From Candidatus Latescibacterota bacterium (GTDB lineage: Bacteria > Latescibacterota > UBA2968): a stretch of 64,000 nt of DNA. The notes under the pieces are model-generated. The model saw nothing but the letters and a program-made list of their open reading frames with translations, was not told where the DNA came from and made no database searches. The stretch spans positions 2,304,001 through 2,368,000 of the forward strand of contig OZ244960.1 in assembly GCA_965222605.1 (NCBI GenBank). The letters are read 5' to 3'. The translations under genes and the position numbers were made by a program. Each line of letters opens with the position of its first letter. Positions within the stretch are counted from its first letter, which is position 1. This document shows positions 52,849 to 62,531 of the stretch, in pieces.

Positions 52849-53127
52849 ATGAACTGGACCGTAACAATAGCCAGAAAGGCGCAAAAACAAATCGGACGTT
52901 TGCCCAAACAGGTTCAAAAGAATCTTCTTACTCTGATCAGGGAGATTGAAATAGCAGGTCCAGTCCGAGGAAACTGGCCGAACTACAGTTCCCTTGGAAA
53001 AAATCGGCATCATTGTCATATTAAAAAGGGAAGACCAACTTACGTTTCTGTTTGGGAAGTGAAGGACAAAAATATCAAATTGGTAGAGGTGACGTATGCA
53101 GGTACTCACGAAAAAGCACCGTACTGA
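52849..53127 (+). CDS. RelE/HigB-like type II toxin
   Basis: 92 aa, basic; WTV...KAQKQIGRLP...WPNYS.L...HCH...GTHEKAPY; precedes an HTH gene. Confidence 0.75.
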   Translation: MNWTVTIARKAQKQIGRLPKQVQKNLLTLIREIEIAGPVRGNWPNYSSLGKNRHHCHIKKGRPTYVSVWEVKDKNIKLVEVTYAGTHEKAPY

Positions 53128-53452
53128 AACAGAGACCATCGAATTGCGTTTTCTTGGTCCTAAAAAAAAACGCAAGCAGGCCATCAGGACACTCGGTTCC
53201 ATGGGCTTTTTGGACATATCTGATGCAGTTCCATGGCGCGAGTGTTTTCCTTATACCGACGAGCAGTTGCCCGGTGTTTCTCTATCGGGGGCAAGGGGCA
53301 AGGAAGGGTTGACACAGCGGGAATTGTCTGAGTTGACTGGCATTCCACAACGACACATTTCAGAAATGGAAAATGGCAAACGGCCCATTGGGAAGGAAAC
53401 AGCTAAAAAACTCGGAAAAGCACTCGACATCAACTATAAGGTCTTTCTCTAA
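53096..53452 (+). CDS. XRE-HTH antitoxin (HigA-like)
   Basis: GLTQRELSELTGIPQRHISEMENGKRPIG; overlaps the toxin gene. Confidence 0.8.
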   Translation: MQVLTKKHRTETETIELRFLGPKKKRKQAIRTLGSMGFLDISDAVPWRECFPYTDEQLPGVSLSGARGKEGLTQRELSELTGIPQRHISEMENGKRPIGKETAKKLGKALDINYKVFL

Positions 53453-53493
53453 ACGGTCTTACAAACACAATGTCATAAATCGGAAGCGCGATC

Positions 53494-53655
53494 ATGATCT
53501 ATTGGAAATCGGACAAATTTTGGCTGGGAAAACTCCTTGAATACCCAGAAATAATGACACAGAGAAAAACCCTTGTGGATTTGGAAGAAAATCTGAAAGA
53601 TGCATATCTCTTAATGGCTATGGATGATGTGCCCGAAGAATATCAGGAGAAATAA
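53494..53655 (+). CDS. Short orphan HicB-like antitoxin (53 aa), possibly degenerate
   Basis: MIYWKSDKFWLGKLLEYPEIMTQRKTLVDLEENLKDAY...; P..TQ(G)xT..E.N..DA pattern with G replaced by R; below the ORF-track cutoff. Confidence 0.65.
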   Translation: MIYWKSDKFWLGKLLEYPEIMTQRKTLVDLEENLKDAYLLMAMDDVPEEYQEK

Positions 53656-54452
53656 TGTCCCTAACACAACAACAAATTGACCTCTTTCGCAACTCGGGTT
53701 ACGCCATCGTCCCCGACATGTTCACCCGCCGCGAAATACGCGCCATGCGCGCTGAACTCGACCGCTTCAAACGCGAAGGTCTCCTTCGCAATGTCGCCAC
53801 CGACGGGGATGGACAAACCCATTCACAAACGCAAATCAACCTGCAAATTTGTCCCATCACGCCCAAAAGCACCTTTTACCGCGCCCTGCACTTTCACCCC
53901 AAAGTCCTCGCATTGGTCGCGCAACTCATCGGCTCGCCCTTTGTGTTCTACCTCGACCAGATCTTTCTCAAACCCGGCAAACAGGGCATTGGCACAGACT
54001 GGCACCAGGACAACGCATATTTCAAAGTCAGCGATCCCGCCAAAGGCGTTGGCATGTGGGTTGCCCTTCACGATGCCAACATCGCCAACGGCACCCTGCA
54101 CATCGTACCCGGCAGCCACCGCGAAATTTACACCCACGACCGAGACCCCAACAGCGACCATCACATTCACTGCACAGTACCCGAAGAAAGAGCCATCCCC
54201 ATCGAATTGCCAGCCGGGGGTGCGGTCTTCTTCAACTTTGGCATTGCACATCGCACACTTGCAAATACCACAAACAGAGAACGCGCGGGCCTTGCCCTGC
54301 ACTTTTTGAACACCGACTATATTCCCAAAAACGTCAAAGCGACCCGACGCTATACCCACCTCACGGGTCCTCTTGCCACAGGCGGGAAAAAAGAATACGG
54401 CCTTTGTATTGCCAACACCTGGCCCAACGAAGTAGATCGCCTGCTCGCCTGA
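53655..54452 (+). CDS. Phytanoyl-CoA dioxygenase (PhyH)-family 2OG-Fe(II) oxygenase
   Basis: F...GY, WHQDNAY, NGTL..VPGSH, distal H and R. Confidence 0.9.
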   Translation: MSLTQQQIDLFRNSGYAIVPDMFTRREIRAMRAELDRFKREGLLRNVATDGDGQTHSQTQINLQICPITPKSTFYRALHFHPKVLALVAQLIGSPFVFYLDQIFLKPGKQGIGTDWHQDNAYFKVSDPAKGVGMWVALHDANIANGTLHIVPGSHREIYTHDRDPNSDHHIHCTVPEERAIPIELPAGGAVFFNFGIAHRTLANTTNRERAGLALHFLNTDYIPKNVKATRRYTHLTGPLATGGKKEYGLCIANTWPNEVDRLLA

Positions 54453-54461
54453 GCGATATTC

Positions 54462-54749
54462 TCACTCTCCCGCATTTACTCTTACAACGAGCCTCACTTT
54501 GAGAACCTCGCGCCAGAGTACCCGGACCTTACCCTGCGTCTCTGTGGTCACCACAATCTCTTCTTTATTTATTCGCAACAAAATCCCCTGAAATGTCGTG
54601 CCATCTCTGGTCTCTATCAACAGAGAATCTCCCACCGCGACTTGCTCTGGGGAATGCACCACCTCGTAATAAATATAAGAAGAGGGCGATGTGGTCTCGC
54701 ATCCACAAATCCACAGGCTCAAAATTGCAACTATTAGCAACCTGTTCAT
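54462..54749 (-). CDS. Hypothetical lipoprotein
   Basis: MNRLLIVAILSLWICGC lipobox; small beta-rich domain. Confidence 0.65.
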   Translation of the reverse strand: MNRLLIVAILSLWICGCETTSPSSYIYYEVVHSPEQVAVGDSLLIETRDGTTFQGILLRINKEEIVVTTETQGKVRVLWREVLKVRLVVRVNAGE

Positions 54750-54757
54750 AATACGCC

Positions 54758-55636
54758 TCACAGGGGTTCTGCTGAAAAAACCCGCCACTGATCCACAGGT
54801 CGAAATTTCTGTTTGAACTGACGCAAACCCGATAAACCCAAATCCCCAGCGTCATTCACACGGCGATAAGCCGATAGCTCGCCATAAACCCGCCACCGCA
54901 AAAAATACGATAAATCGGGCAAATCGGGATTGGTCTTCGCAACAAAAAAATGCGCCAAATTGGGCTGCATATCTCCTGCCAGAGCAAAAGCCTCAATCCG
55001 CCCCGCCACCTCCACGCACCACCCCCACAACACATCTTCTGACCAAAAATGAAACTGATCGAGCGCGGCTCGCGTATATCCCCAGTCCAACAAAAAGGGA
55101 TGCCGACGCCCCTGGCGCCGACGCCAATACTTCAACAACGCGAAACAATCCGGCACATCCCACGCAGTCAAAACGCGAAAACGGGACTCGTGGGCGCGTT
55201 CAAACCGCCGCACGCGCTTGCGCACATCCCTAAAACGCCGTCCTCTGGCCGAAGCAATTTGCGCCGGGTCGTAAACGTATTCCGCGTCTTTATCGCGCAA
55301 CTCAAACTGTTCGGTATCTACATATTTGGCATCACAGGCGTCTAACCACAAAATTCTCGGCAGACGGCCGCCCTGATGAGATGCGAATTTGTCGATAACC
55401 CTTTTCAGCGTACCTGCATCACAGGGAACGGGGGGCAGCAGCAAATCAACGCCTTCTGGACGCTGTACAAACAGACACGTACTCCCCGCAATTTCATCGA
55501 CACACACAATCCGATTGGGTGCGAGACTAAAGGCACAGAGAAAAGGCGGAAAATAACACCAGGCCCGTTTGTTTGCTCGCAAAAACACATCGCGCAAGTA
55601 CTCGCCGTGTGAGGGATCAACAGGATGCCCGATCAC
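54758..55636 (-). CDS. DUF2156 / LPG-synthase C-terminal-like GNAT-fold protein
   Basis: EYVYD...GRRF...R.RV.RF, AKTN, VNDAGDLGLSGLRQFKQKFRP; GTG start next to the upstream stop. Confidence 0.75.
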   Translation of the reverse strand: MIGHPVDPSHGEYLRDVFLRANKRAWCYFPPFLCAFSLAPNRIVCVDEIAGSTCLFVQRPEGVDLLLPPVPCDAGTLKRVIDKFASHQGGRLPRILWLDACDAKYVDTEQFELRDKDAEYVYDPAQIASARGRRFRDVRKRVRRFERAHESRFRVLTAWDVPDCFALLKYWRRRQGRRHPFLLDWGYTRAALDQFHFWSEDVLWGWCVEVAGRIEAFALAGDMQPNLAHFFVAKTNPDLPDLSYFLRWRVYGELSAYRRVNDAGDLGLSGLRQFKQKFRPVDQWRVFSAEPL

Positions 55637-55637
55637 T

Positions 55638-56630
55638 TTATCGCCGCCTTTTACATTCAGCCGTGTACAGTGCCCCACGATATGTGCCAGTCACAAGAGG
55701 CTGTGGCTTCCCCGTAGAAATAAGACGCATCATCTGACTGACCCCACCCAATACCTGGGCACCGACATACTCATTAAAATCTGGTATGATTTCCACAGGC
55801 GCAAAGCCCATCTCGATCAATGAGCCAATCGCCCGCGCTGTCTCGTCCGGTGAACGGCGGCCAAAACTGACAAATCCCTGCTTGCCCACCTCGGGTACCA
55901 GTGCAGAAGCCCCACGCGACACAAAAAGCGACAAACCGGGCAACGTGTAGGGCGGATCGGTAAAAAACACATCCATTTTCCCACACAGATCCGACGGAAT
56001 ATCTTCGCGCAAATCGCGTGCAATCACAGTGATAGGCAACCCTTCGCATTCACTGACTACACTTAAAAAATCAATGAGCCGCCCATCGCACTCCAGCACC
56101 ACCACCTGCCCGAGAACAATCTCCAAATGCTGTGCCAGCAAGCCCACCGCCACCGACGTCAAATCGTCGTCCCCCAGAACGAGCAGATTTCGCCCTTCGA
56201 GTGCATCGTGTTCGTACAGATACACAGCGCGCCTTAAAACGGTCTCGGGCGTTGCATGGGATTGATCCAGTTTGACATCGACCTTTGGCCGCCTCGCAGA
56301 AATATCTGCAAGACATTTGCAAATATCTTTCAAAACCACAGGTATGGGGGGTACACCCGGGCGCGCAAAGCGTTTGCGGCACGAAAGCCCCAACTCCGAT
56401 TGCACAACACTCAGACCCTTACCCGTGAGCGAAACCCCACCTTTTCGCGTCAAAATACCTCTCTTTTCCAATTCGCCCCGCACAGCGGCAACCACGGGAA
56501 TGGGCAAGCCCACCTCCTGGCCGACATTGCGAATGGGAATCTGCTCAGACATAAAAACCGTTCGCAGAATGCGACGCACGCCCTCGGCACCTTCGGCCAG
56601 CCGCGCCTGGGTTGCTACCTCGTGCAACAA
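55638..56630 (-). CDS. Branched-chain polyamine synthase BpsA (DUF43)-family protein
   Basis: LDQSHATPETVLRR, LGDDDLTS, DLRE, FFTDPPYT motifs. Confidence 0.8.
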   Translation of the reverse strand: MLHEVATQARLAEGAEGVRRILRTVFMSEQIPIRNVGQEVGLPIPVVAAVRGELEKRGILTRKGGVSLTGKGLSVVQSELGLSCRKRFARPGVPPIPVVLKDICKCLADISARRPKVDVKLDQSHATPETVLRRAVYLYEHDALEGRNLLVLGDDDLTSVAVGLLAQHLEIVLGQVVVLECDGRLIDFLSVVSECEGLPITVIARDLREDIPSDLCGKMDVFFTDPPYTLPGLSLFVSRGASALVPEVGKQGFVSFGRRSPDETARAIGSLIEMGFAPVEIIPDFNEYVGAQVLGGVSQMMRLISTGKPQPLVTGTYRGALYTAECKRRR

Positions 56631-56649
56631 GTCAGTAGAAAAATTGGAC

Positions 56650-57738
56650 CTATGCCGTTTCGGAATCAGTGTTATCGTCGGCCTCCTCGCTCACAACCTC
56701 GAGATCATCATCCCGAGCAAGCAAATTTTCATCGTCCTTGCGATGTCTTAAAACCACATACATCAAACTCAGCCCCGACGCGTATGTCGCCTGGACATAA
56801 GCAACCACAATCCCCGTAATCACAATGAGCATCACGCCCAGGATACCACCACCCCAGACTGCTGCTCCCGACGGTGTCCCCGGCACGGGCAAACTCGCAA
56901 ACAAATCATCCCATTTCTCTGGGACAAACAAGAGATAGTGCGATGCCACATAAAAAAGATTGGCCAGTTTAACATCCATAAACAAACCGCACGCCATGGC
57001 AATCAGACCAATCGCAGCCATGGTCAAAGCTCCCATCACCATCAAACCAACCCACACCGCAAAAACCATCCACACCGCGTACAAAACCAATCGCCAGGGC
57101 TGTGACCACGTCAGTGAAAACGACTGTATCACAACATCTAAAATATCATACCCTTCAGTGCCCACAATAGCTGGCGACATAATCACAGCAACAACAAATA
57201 CCAGACCGATAAACACAGCCAACAATGCCGCAAAAAAGATCGGAATAAAAAACAGCGCGAAAACTATCTCGCCCACCGAGGGGATCCAGCCGGCAACCCA
57301 CCCTATGGCAATGCCGCCAACCACAAAAAGGGCAAACAGAGCAAACACCGCAACGGGGCCAAACAGCACGGCTTTCCAGCGCGCGCGCGCAAATCGCCAG
57401 GCATCGCCGACCGAATAAAACTCATCGCCCCGCAGTTGCTGAAAAGTGATCTTGCACATCATACTGGTCGTTACAAACGCCACCGACAGGGCAAACACCA
57501 TACCCAAAATGTGCAACCCCGTGCCAAACAGATCAAATTCACCGAGCGTTGCGCCGGGGAATAAACCATAGCGCTGCCACAGGCTCCCGCTGCCCGCGCG
57601 GATATGCGCGATCAGCAACAAAACCGAATAACCCGCCCAGGCCACGAACAACCCCAACAGACCAACCCAAATTTTTTTTCCAGACCAACCCAATCGCACA
57701 CAGCGAAAAATATCTCGAATATCGAAATGCAGATTCAT
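56650..57738 (-). CDS. Hypothetical polytopic membrane protein
   Basis: Multiple long hydrophobic segments; GGAG RBS. Confidence 0.75.
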   Translation of the reverse strand: MNLHFDIRDIFRCVRLGWSGKKIWVGLLGLFVAWAGYSVLLLIAHIRAGSGSLWQRYGLFPGATLGEFDLFGTGLHILGMVFALSVAFVTTSMMCKITFQQLRGDEFYSVGDAWRFARARWKAVLFGPVAVFALFALFVVGGIAIGWVAGWIPSVGEIVFALFFIPIFFAALLAVFIGLVFVVAVIMSPAIVGTEGYDILDVVIQSFSLTWSQPWRLVLYAVWMVFAVWVGLMVMGALTMAAIGLIAMACGLFMDVKLANLFYVASHYLLFVPEKWDDLFASLPVPGTPSGAAVWGGGILGVMLIVITGIVVAYVQATYASGLSLMYVVLRHRKDDENLLARDDDLEVVSEEADDNTDSETA

Positions 57739-57746
57739 ATTACTCC

Positions 57747-58313
57747 TTACTGTTCAGATAGTTCTTCCCGCTGGTTCAAATTGAGCACCTCCCGCACCGC
57801 AGTCAAAAAATCGCGCAATTCCATGTGCGATGTTCGCGCTTGCGCGGGTTTGCTGCGCACACCCGGAGGCAAGGGCACATGGCTGAGCCTGACCTCGCGA
57901 TTTCCACCTTCACCCACCTTTACGGCATAACATCCCTGTCCCAATCCCATCGGCCATGGAGATCCAAAATCGTCGCGCTTTGAAAGAAACAGCACGGTCT
58001 CTTGCCCCGCCACAAACTGCGGCATACCTGGCACAAGCATGCGTTGCCCTTCCCATTCACCGCCGGGCAAAGTCAGCACCATTTCTGAATCAGCCTGCCC
58101 TTTGACCACCTCCATGACTCTAAACCGCGTTTGTGTAAAAATACCCTCTCGATCGGCAAAAACTGCATTTTCGCGCGTGAGACATTTGACATATACAATA
58201 GTCTGCGCGGTTTCGCACATCTCTTCAAAGGCAAACGTCTTCACAGTTGTCGCCCAGGCAGGTGTCCACCCCATAGCCATCAACATCAAACCCGCAAACA
58301 ATCGTTTATTCAT
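57747..58313 (-). CDS. Hypothetical secreted protein
   Basis: AGGAGG RBS; signal peptide ending AWA; LPGG...GMPQF..G...VLFL. Confidence 0.7.
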   Translation of the reverse strand: MNKRLFAGLMLMAMGWTPAWATTVKTFAFEEMCETAQTIVYVKCLTRENAVFADREGIFTQTRFRVMEVVKGQADSEMVLTLPGGEWEGQRMLVPGMPQFVAGQETVLFLSKRDDFGSPWPMGLGQGCYAVKVGEGGNREVRLSHVPLPPGVRSKPAQARTSHMELRDFLTAVREVLNLNQREELSEQ

Positions 58314-58374
58314 TTTCCTACCTCCTGAAAAAAACATCAGTAATTAAAAAATCTCCAATACCATTGATTCTTAT

Positions 58375-59642
58375 CCTAACAGCCAGTAAAACCCCATGCT
58401 TTAGCATCGAGTCGCCTGACGAAGGGCTTTCAAAATGAGCTTTAGCCCTTGATTTTACACGACTTTAAGTATATATTTTGTATATGCTTAAGGCTTTCAA
58501 ATACAGATTGCGTCCTACGAAAAAGCAAGAGCGCATCTTGCTGGCGCATATCGAAGAATGTCGGTTGCTGTATAACCAACTGGTCTGTGCAAGGATTCAG
58601 GCATGGGAAAGAGAAGAACCATCTTTGTCTTGTTATGACCAGATGAAAACCATTCCATTGATGAAGCAACAACGACGTGAGCTTACACAGGTATATAGTC
58701 AAGTCCTGCAAAATGTGGCCATTAGAGTTGACCTTGCCTTCAAAGCATTTTTTCGCCGCGTTAAAGCGAAGAATGGTAAAGCGGGCTTTCCAAGATATAA
58801 GGGACAGCATCGGTATGATTCGATCACGTATCCCCAATTTTCTAATGGCTGCCGATGGGATGAAAAGGGCCTCCGATTGGGAAAGATTGGCTGTATTCGG
58901 ATTGTGCAACACAGGCCGCTTGAAGGGATGCCCAAAGCCTGCACCATAACGCGCACAGCAACGGGTAAATGGTTTGCCTCTATCCAGTGTGATTTGGGCG
59001 ATGTCCCTTCGCCAGAGAGAGACGACAGACCTGATGTGGGCATAGATGTAGGACTTGAAAAGTTTGCCACGTTGAGCACGGGCGAAGAAATCCCTAATCC
59101 TCGATTTTTCAGACAAAAAGAAAAGGCACTTGCCAAAGCGCAACGCAGATGGGATAAGGTCAAGAAGCAGAAGAAGACCGATCCTGTGCGTGAAAAACGA
59201 CGTAAGGTTGTTGCAAGAGTGCATGAGCGCATTCGCAACAAGAGACACAACTTTGCCCATCAAGAGTCTCGGAAGCTGGTCAACCGCTTCTCCATGATAG
59301 CCATTGAAGATTTGCCTGTCAATCGTATGGTGCATAACCGATGTCTTTCAAAAAGTATTTCCGATGCTGCATGGTCTATGTTCACGGATTGTCTCACCTA
59401 CAAAGCGGAAGAAGCTGGTAGCGTTGTAGAACCTGTGGACCCTGCCTATACGAGCCAAGATTGCTCAAAGTGCGGGCATAGACTCAAAAAGGTCCTATCT
59501 GATAGACGCCATAAATGCCCCTTTTGTGGCCTCGATATGGACAGAGACCACAATGCAGCGATAAATATATTGAGATTGGGACGACAATCTCAGGTGGGTA
59601 AACCGCCAAGAAGCCCAAGCCTTTAGCTTTGGGAGTCGTCAC
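58375..59642 (+). mobile_element. Second IS200/IS605-family tnpB-only element
   Basis: Left end follows TTAT (58371-58374) with CCTAACAGCCAGTAAAACCCCATGCTTTAGCAT; right end GAAG plus hairpin CCCAAG..TTTGGG, ending TCAC at 59642. Confidence 0.78.
58478..59626 (+). CDS. tnpB: RNA-guided endonuclease TnpB (IS605 OrfB)
   Basis: KAFKYRLRPT, VGIDVG, IAIEDL, CSKCG..CPFCG, DRDHNAAINI. Confidence 0.95.
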   Translation: MYMLKAFKYRLRPTKKQERILLAHIEECRLLYNQLVCARIQAWEREEPSLSCYDQMKTIPLMKQQRRELTQVYSQVLQNVAIRVDLAFKAFFRRVKAKNGKAGFPRYKGQHRYDSITYPQFSNGCRWDEKGLRLGKIGCIRIVQHRPLEGMPKACTITRTATGKWFASIQCDLGDVPSPERDDRPDVGIDVGLEKFATLSTGEEIPNPRFFRQKEKALAKAQRRWDKVKKQKKTDPVREKRRKVVARVHERIRNKRHNFAHQESRKLVNRFSMIAIEDLPVNRMVHNRCLSKSISDAAWSMFTDCLTYKAEEAGSVVEPVDPAYTSQDCSKCGHRLKKVLSDRRHKCPFCGLDMDRDHNAAINILRLGRQSQVGKPPRSPSL

Positions 59643-59732
59643 ACATCTCAACAGACAAACAGTTGCAGGACGAACTGCGAATCAGCGAATCTACGAACCC
59701 TATCCATCCTCCCAAAATCAGTATGTATTTCC

Positions 59733-59763
59733 ATTCGTCTATTCGTCTATTCGTCTATTCGTC
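59733..59763. repeat. Octamer tandem repeat (ATTCGTCT) x about 4
   Basis: Read directly; overlaps the stop codon of the CCA enzyme gene. Confidence 0.85.
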
Positions 59764-61081
59764 CAAGCGATTCAAACACCTGAACTGCCAATGCCAGCGC
59801 CTCATCGCGGCGCGTCACACGCCCTTCTAACTGGGCATCTTCAACAGCCCGCAAAACCAGCTTAAACGCGGGACCGGGATTTTTTCCCATCGCAATCAAA
59901 TCGCGTCCATTAATCAGCGGAACGGGGCGAATTTGTTCTGGCTCCAGAGTCTCCAGCGCAGTCTTGCAAAACGCATAATTGTCCAACTCGCCATGGCTCG
60001 ACAAACAATCGATCCGGTGCAACATCAGATGATCTTCAAACCGATCTGTACGCAAAAACCGCTTCAACGTACTCGGGCGCATCTCCTGTACATGCATAAA
60101 TTTGTGGTGATCTGCCACCAATGCCGCAATATGCTTTGTCTGTTCCGACGAGAACCGCAACCTCCTGCAAATCTCTTCGGCCATCTCGCGCCCAACTTTT
60201 GTGTGGTTGTGGAACCGAATCCGATCCCGCACCTGATAGGTAGGGGGTTTGCCCACATCGTGCAACAAAATACCCATCGCCAATTCTACAGAGGGATTGC
60301 GCATCAAACCCAACATAATCAGCGTATGGGTCAACACATCGCCCTCGGGATGAAACTGAGGCGGTTGGGGAACGCCATCCATTGCAACAACTTCGGGCAT
60401 AAAAACCGCCATCAATCCCAAATCAATCAGCCAGCGCACCCCCAAAGGCGCGCCCCCCTCGGTCAAAATTTTGACAAATTCATCGCGAACGCGCTCAAGA
60501 CTTATGAACGCAATACTCGCGCTCAGTGTTCCAATAACCTCCTGCGTCTTCTCCTCAATGGGCCAGTGATACCGACACGCAAAGCGAATCGCGCGCAACA
60601 TACGCAATCGATCTTCACAAAATCGAGCATGCGGATCGCCAATCGTGCGGATCACCTTTCTCTGGAGATCAGCCTGTCCCCCCACATAATCGAACACGGC
60701 ATCGGCTACCGGATCGTAAAACATCCCATTAATGGTAAAATCGCGCCTCTGCGCGTCCTCTTCTTCATCCACAAACACCACACCATCGGGATGCCGACCA
60801 TCGGAATACCCCAGATCGCGGCGAAAACGCGCCACTTCATAAGTATAATCGCCCAACCGCACAATCACCACCCCAAAATGCGCCCCAACCACCTGTGCAT
60901 GCGGAAAAATGCCGATCACCTGTTGGAGATCGGCATTTGTGGCAATATCGTAATCGCGGGGCACCTGCCCCATCAACATGTCGCGCACGCATCCACCGGC
61001 CCACAAAGCGCGAAAACCCCGCGCCTGCAACCGACGTACAATTTCCAGCGCGCCCGTGCGTGCATCCTGGTCATTCGTCAC
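59747..61081 (-). CDS. CCA tRNA nucleotidyltransferase / poly(A) polymerase family with HD domain
   Basis: GGCVRD..DYDIAT, RRDFTING, EDRLRMLRAIRF, HPEGDV..H, LLHDVGKP. Confidence 0.93.
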   Translation of the reverse strand: MTNDQDARTGALEIVRRLQARGFRALWAGGCVRDMLMGQVPRDYDIATNADLQQVIGIFPHAQVVGAHFGVVIVRLGDYTYEVARFRRDLGYSDGRHPDGVVFVDEEEDAQRRDFTINGMFYDPVADAVFDYVGGQADLQRKVIRTIGDPHARFCEDRLRMLRAIRFACRYHWPIEEKTQEVIGTLSASIAFISLERVRDEFVKILTEGGAPLGVRWLIDLGLMAVFMPEVVAMDGVPQPPQFHPEGDVLTHTLIMLGLMRNPSVELAMGILLHDVGKPPTYQVRDRIRFHNHTKVGREMAEEICRRLRFSSEQTKHIAALVADHHKFMHVQEMRPSTLKRFLRTDRFEDHLMLHRIDCLSSHGELDNYAFCKTALETLEPEQIRPVPLINGRDLIAMGKNPGPAFKLVLRAVEDAQLEGRVTRRDEALALAVQVFESLGRIDE

Positions 61082-61104
61082 ATCAAATCACCTCTTACCT
61101 ATCA

Positions 61105-62394
61105 TCACTCTTCCACCGTCACCCGCTGGATATGCGCGCCCAAACTGCGCAAGCGCGTATCAATTCGTTCGTATCCACGATCAATCTGTTCGATATTTCT
61201 AATCACACTTTGCCCCTCGGCACACAAAGCCGCAATAATCAGCGCCATACCCGCCCGGATATCCGGACTCGACAAATGCTCGCCATAGAGTTTTGACGGC
61301 CCCACCACCACCGCGCGATGCGGGTCACAAATCACAATTTTCGCGCCCATATCGATGAGACGGTCCAGCCAGTACATACGCTGTTCAAACATCTTTTCAA
61401 AAAACAGCACCGTACCCCGTGCCTGCGTCGCTAACACAATGGCAATACTCATCAAATCGGGTGGAAAACCCGGCCACGGATCATTGTCAATGCGCGGAAT
61501 CGCATCGCCCACATCCGGCATAATCTCCAGCTTTTGAAAGGGCGGCACCACAATATCCTGTCCATCGACCTCAACTTCCAGCCCCAATCGCCGAAACACC
61601 ATCAAACTCTTGCGCATATTTTTGGGCGCAGCATTGACAATGCGAATCTCGCTATTGGTCGCCCCGGCCAACCCAATAAAACTGCCAACTTCCATATAAT
61701 CTGGACCAATTGTGTGCGTTGTCCCACCGAGTTCTGACACGCCTTCAATAACCAGTTCATTGGTCCCAATACCCGAAATTTGAGCACCCATCTCGTTGAG
61801 CATCAAACACAATTCCTGCACATGAGGCTCTGAAGCCACATTGCACAAAATGGTCGTACCCCGCGCAAGAACCGCTGCCATCACAGCATTTTCAGTGCCG
61901 GTTACACTGCGCTCGTCCAAAAAAATATCAGCCCCCACAAGACCTCTGGGCGCCGTAAAATCGTAAATGTGATTCGTATGGAACCGCACGCCGAGTTCTA
62001 CGAGCGCAATCAAGTGTGTATCGACCCGTCGCCGACCAATGCGGTCGCCCCCAGGTCGCGGAATCGTTGCTTTCCCAAATCGTCCCAACAACGGACCGGC
62101 AAACATAAAACTGCCGCGCACTTTTCGGCACAAATCGGCCCGCAACACAGATTTGCGGACACCCCGTGTACAAATCGTCAACTCGTGATCACTCGAGTAG
62201 CGAACCTCTGCCCCCAGATCGCGCAAAATTTCGACAATAACGGCAATATCGCCAATATCAGGCACATTTTTGAGCACCACAGGTTCTTCTGTCAACAAAG
62301 TCGCCGCCAAAAGAGGTTGGGCCGCATTCTTATTCCCAGCGGGAACAACAGTCCCAGATAACCCATGCCCGCCTTCTATAACAAATTGTTCCAT
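61105..62394 (-). CDS. murA: UDP-N-acetylglucosamine 1-carboxyvinyltransferase
   Basis: [39 protein letters not shown]. Confidence 0.95.
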   Translation of the reverse strand: MEQFVIEGGHGLSGTVVPAGNKNAAQPLLAATLLTEEPVVLKNVPDIGDIAVIVEILRDLGAEVRYSSDHELTICTRGVRKSVLRADLCRKVRGSFMFAGPLLGRFGKATIPRPGGDRIGRRRVDTHLIALVELGVRFHTNHIYDFTAPRGLVGADIFLDERSVTGTENAVMAAVLARGTTILCNVASEPHVQELCLMLNEMGAQISGIGTNELVIEGVSELGGTTHTIGPDYMEVGSFIGLAGATNSEIRIVNAAPKNMRKSLMVFRRLGLEVEVDGQDIVVPPFQKLEIMPDVGDAIPRIDNDPWPGFPPDLMSIAIVLATQARGTVLFFEKMFEQRMYWLDRLIDMGAKIVICDPHRAVVVGPSKLYGEHLSSPDIRAGMALIIAALCAEGQSVIRNIEQIDRGYERIDTRLRSLGAHIQRVTVEE

Positions 62395-62531
62395 AAAAAA
62401 CGTCTCCAATCAGTCAAACGGAGAAGATAAAATAAGTAGCTTCGCAGTCATGTCTATCATAGTACAGATATAGAAATATTTCAAGAGTAAAAAGGCAAAA
62501 AAGCAAAAAGGTAAGAAGTGCGGGTGCTTCT

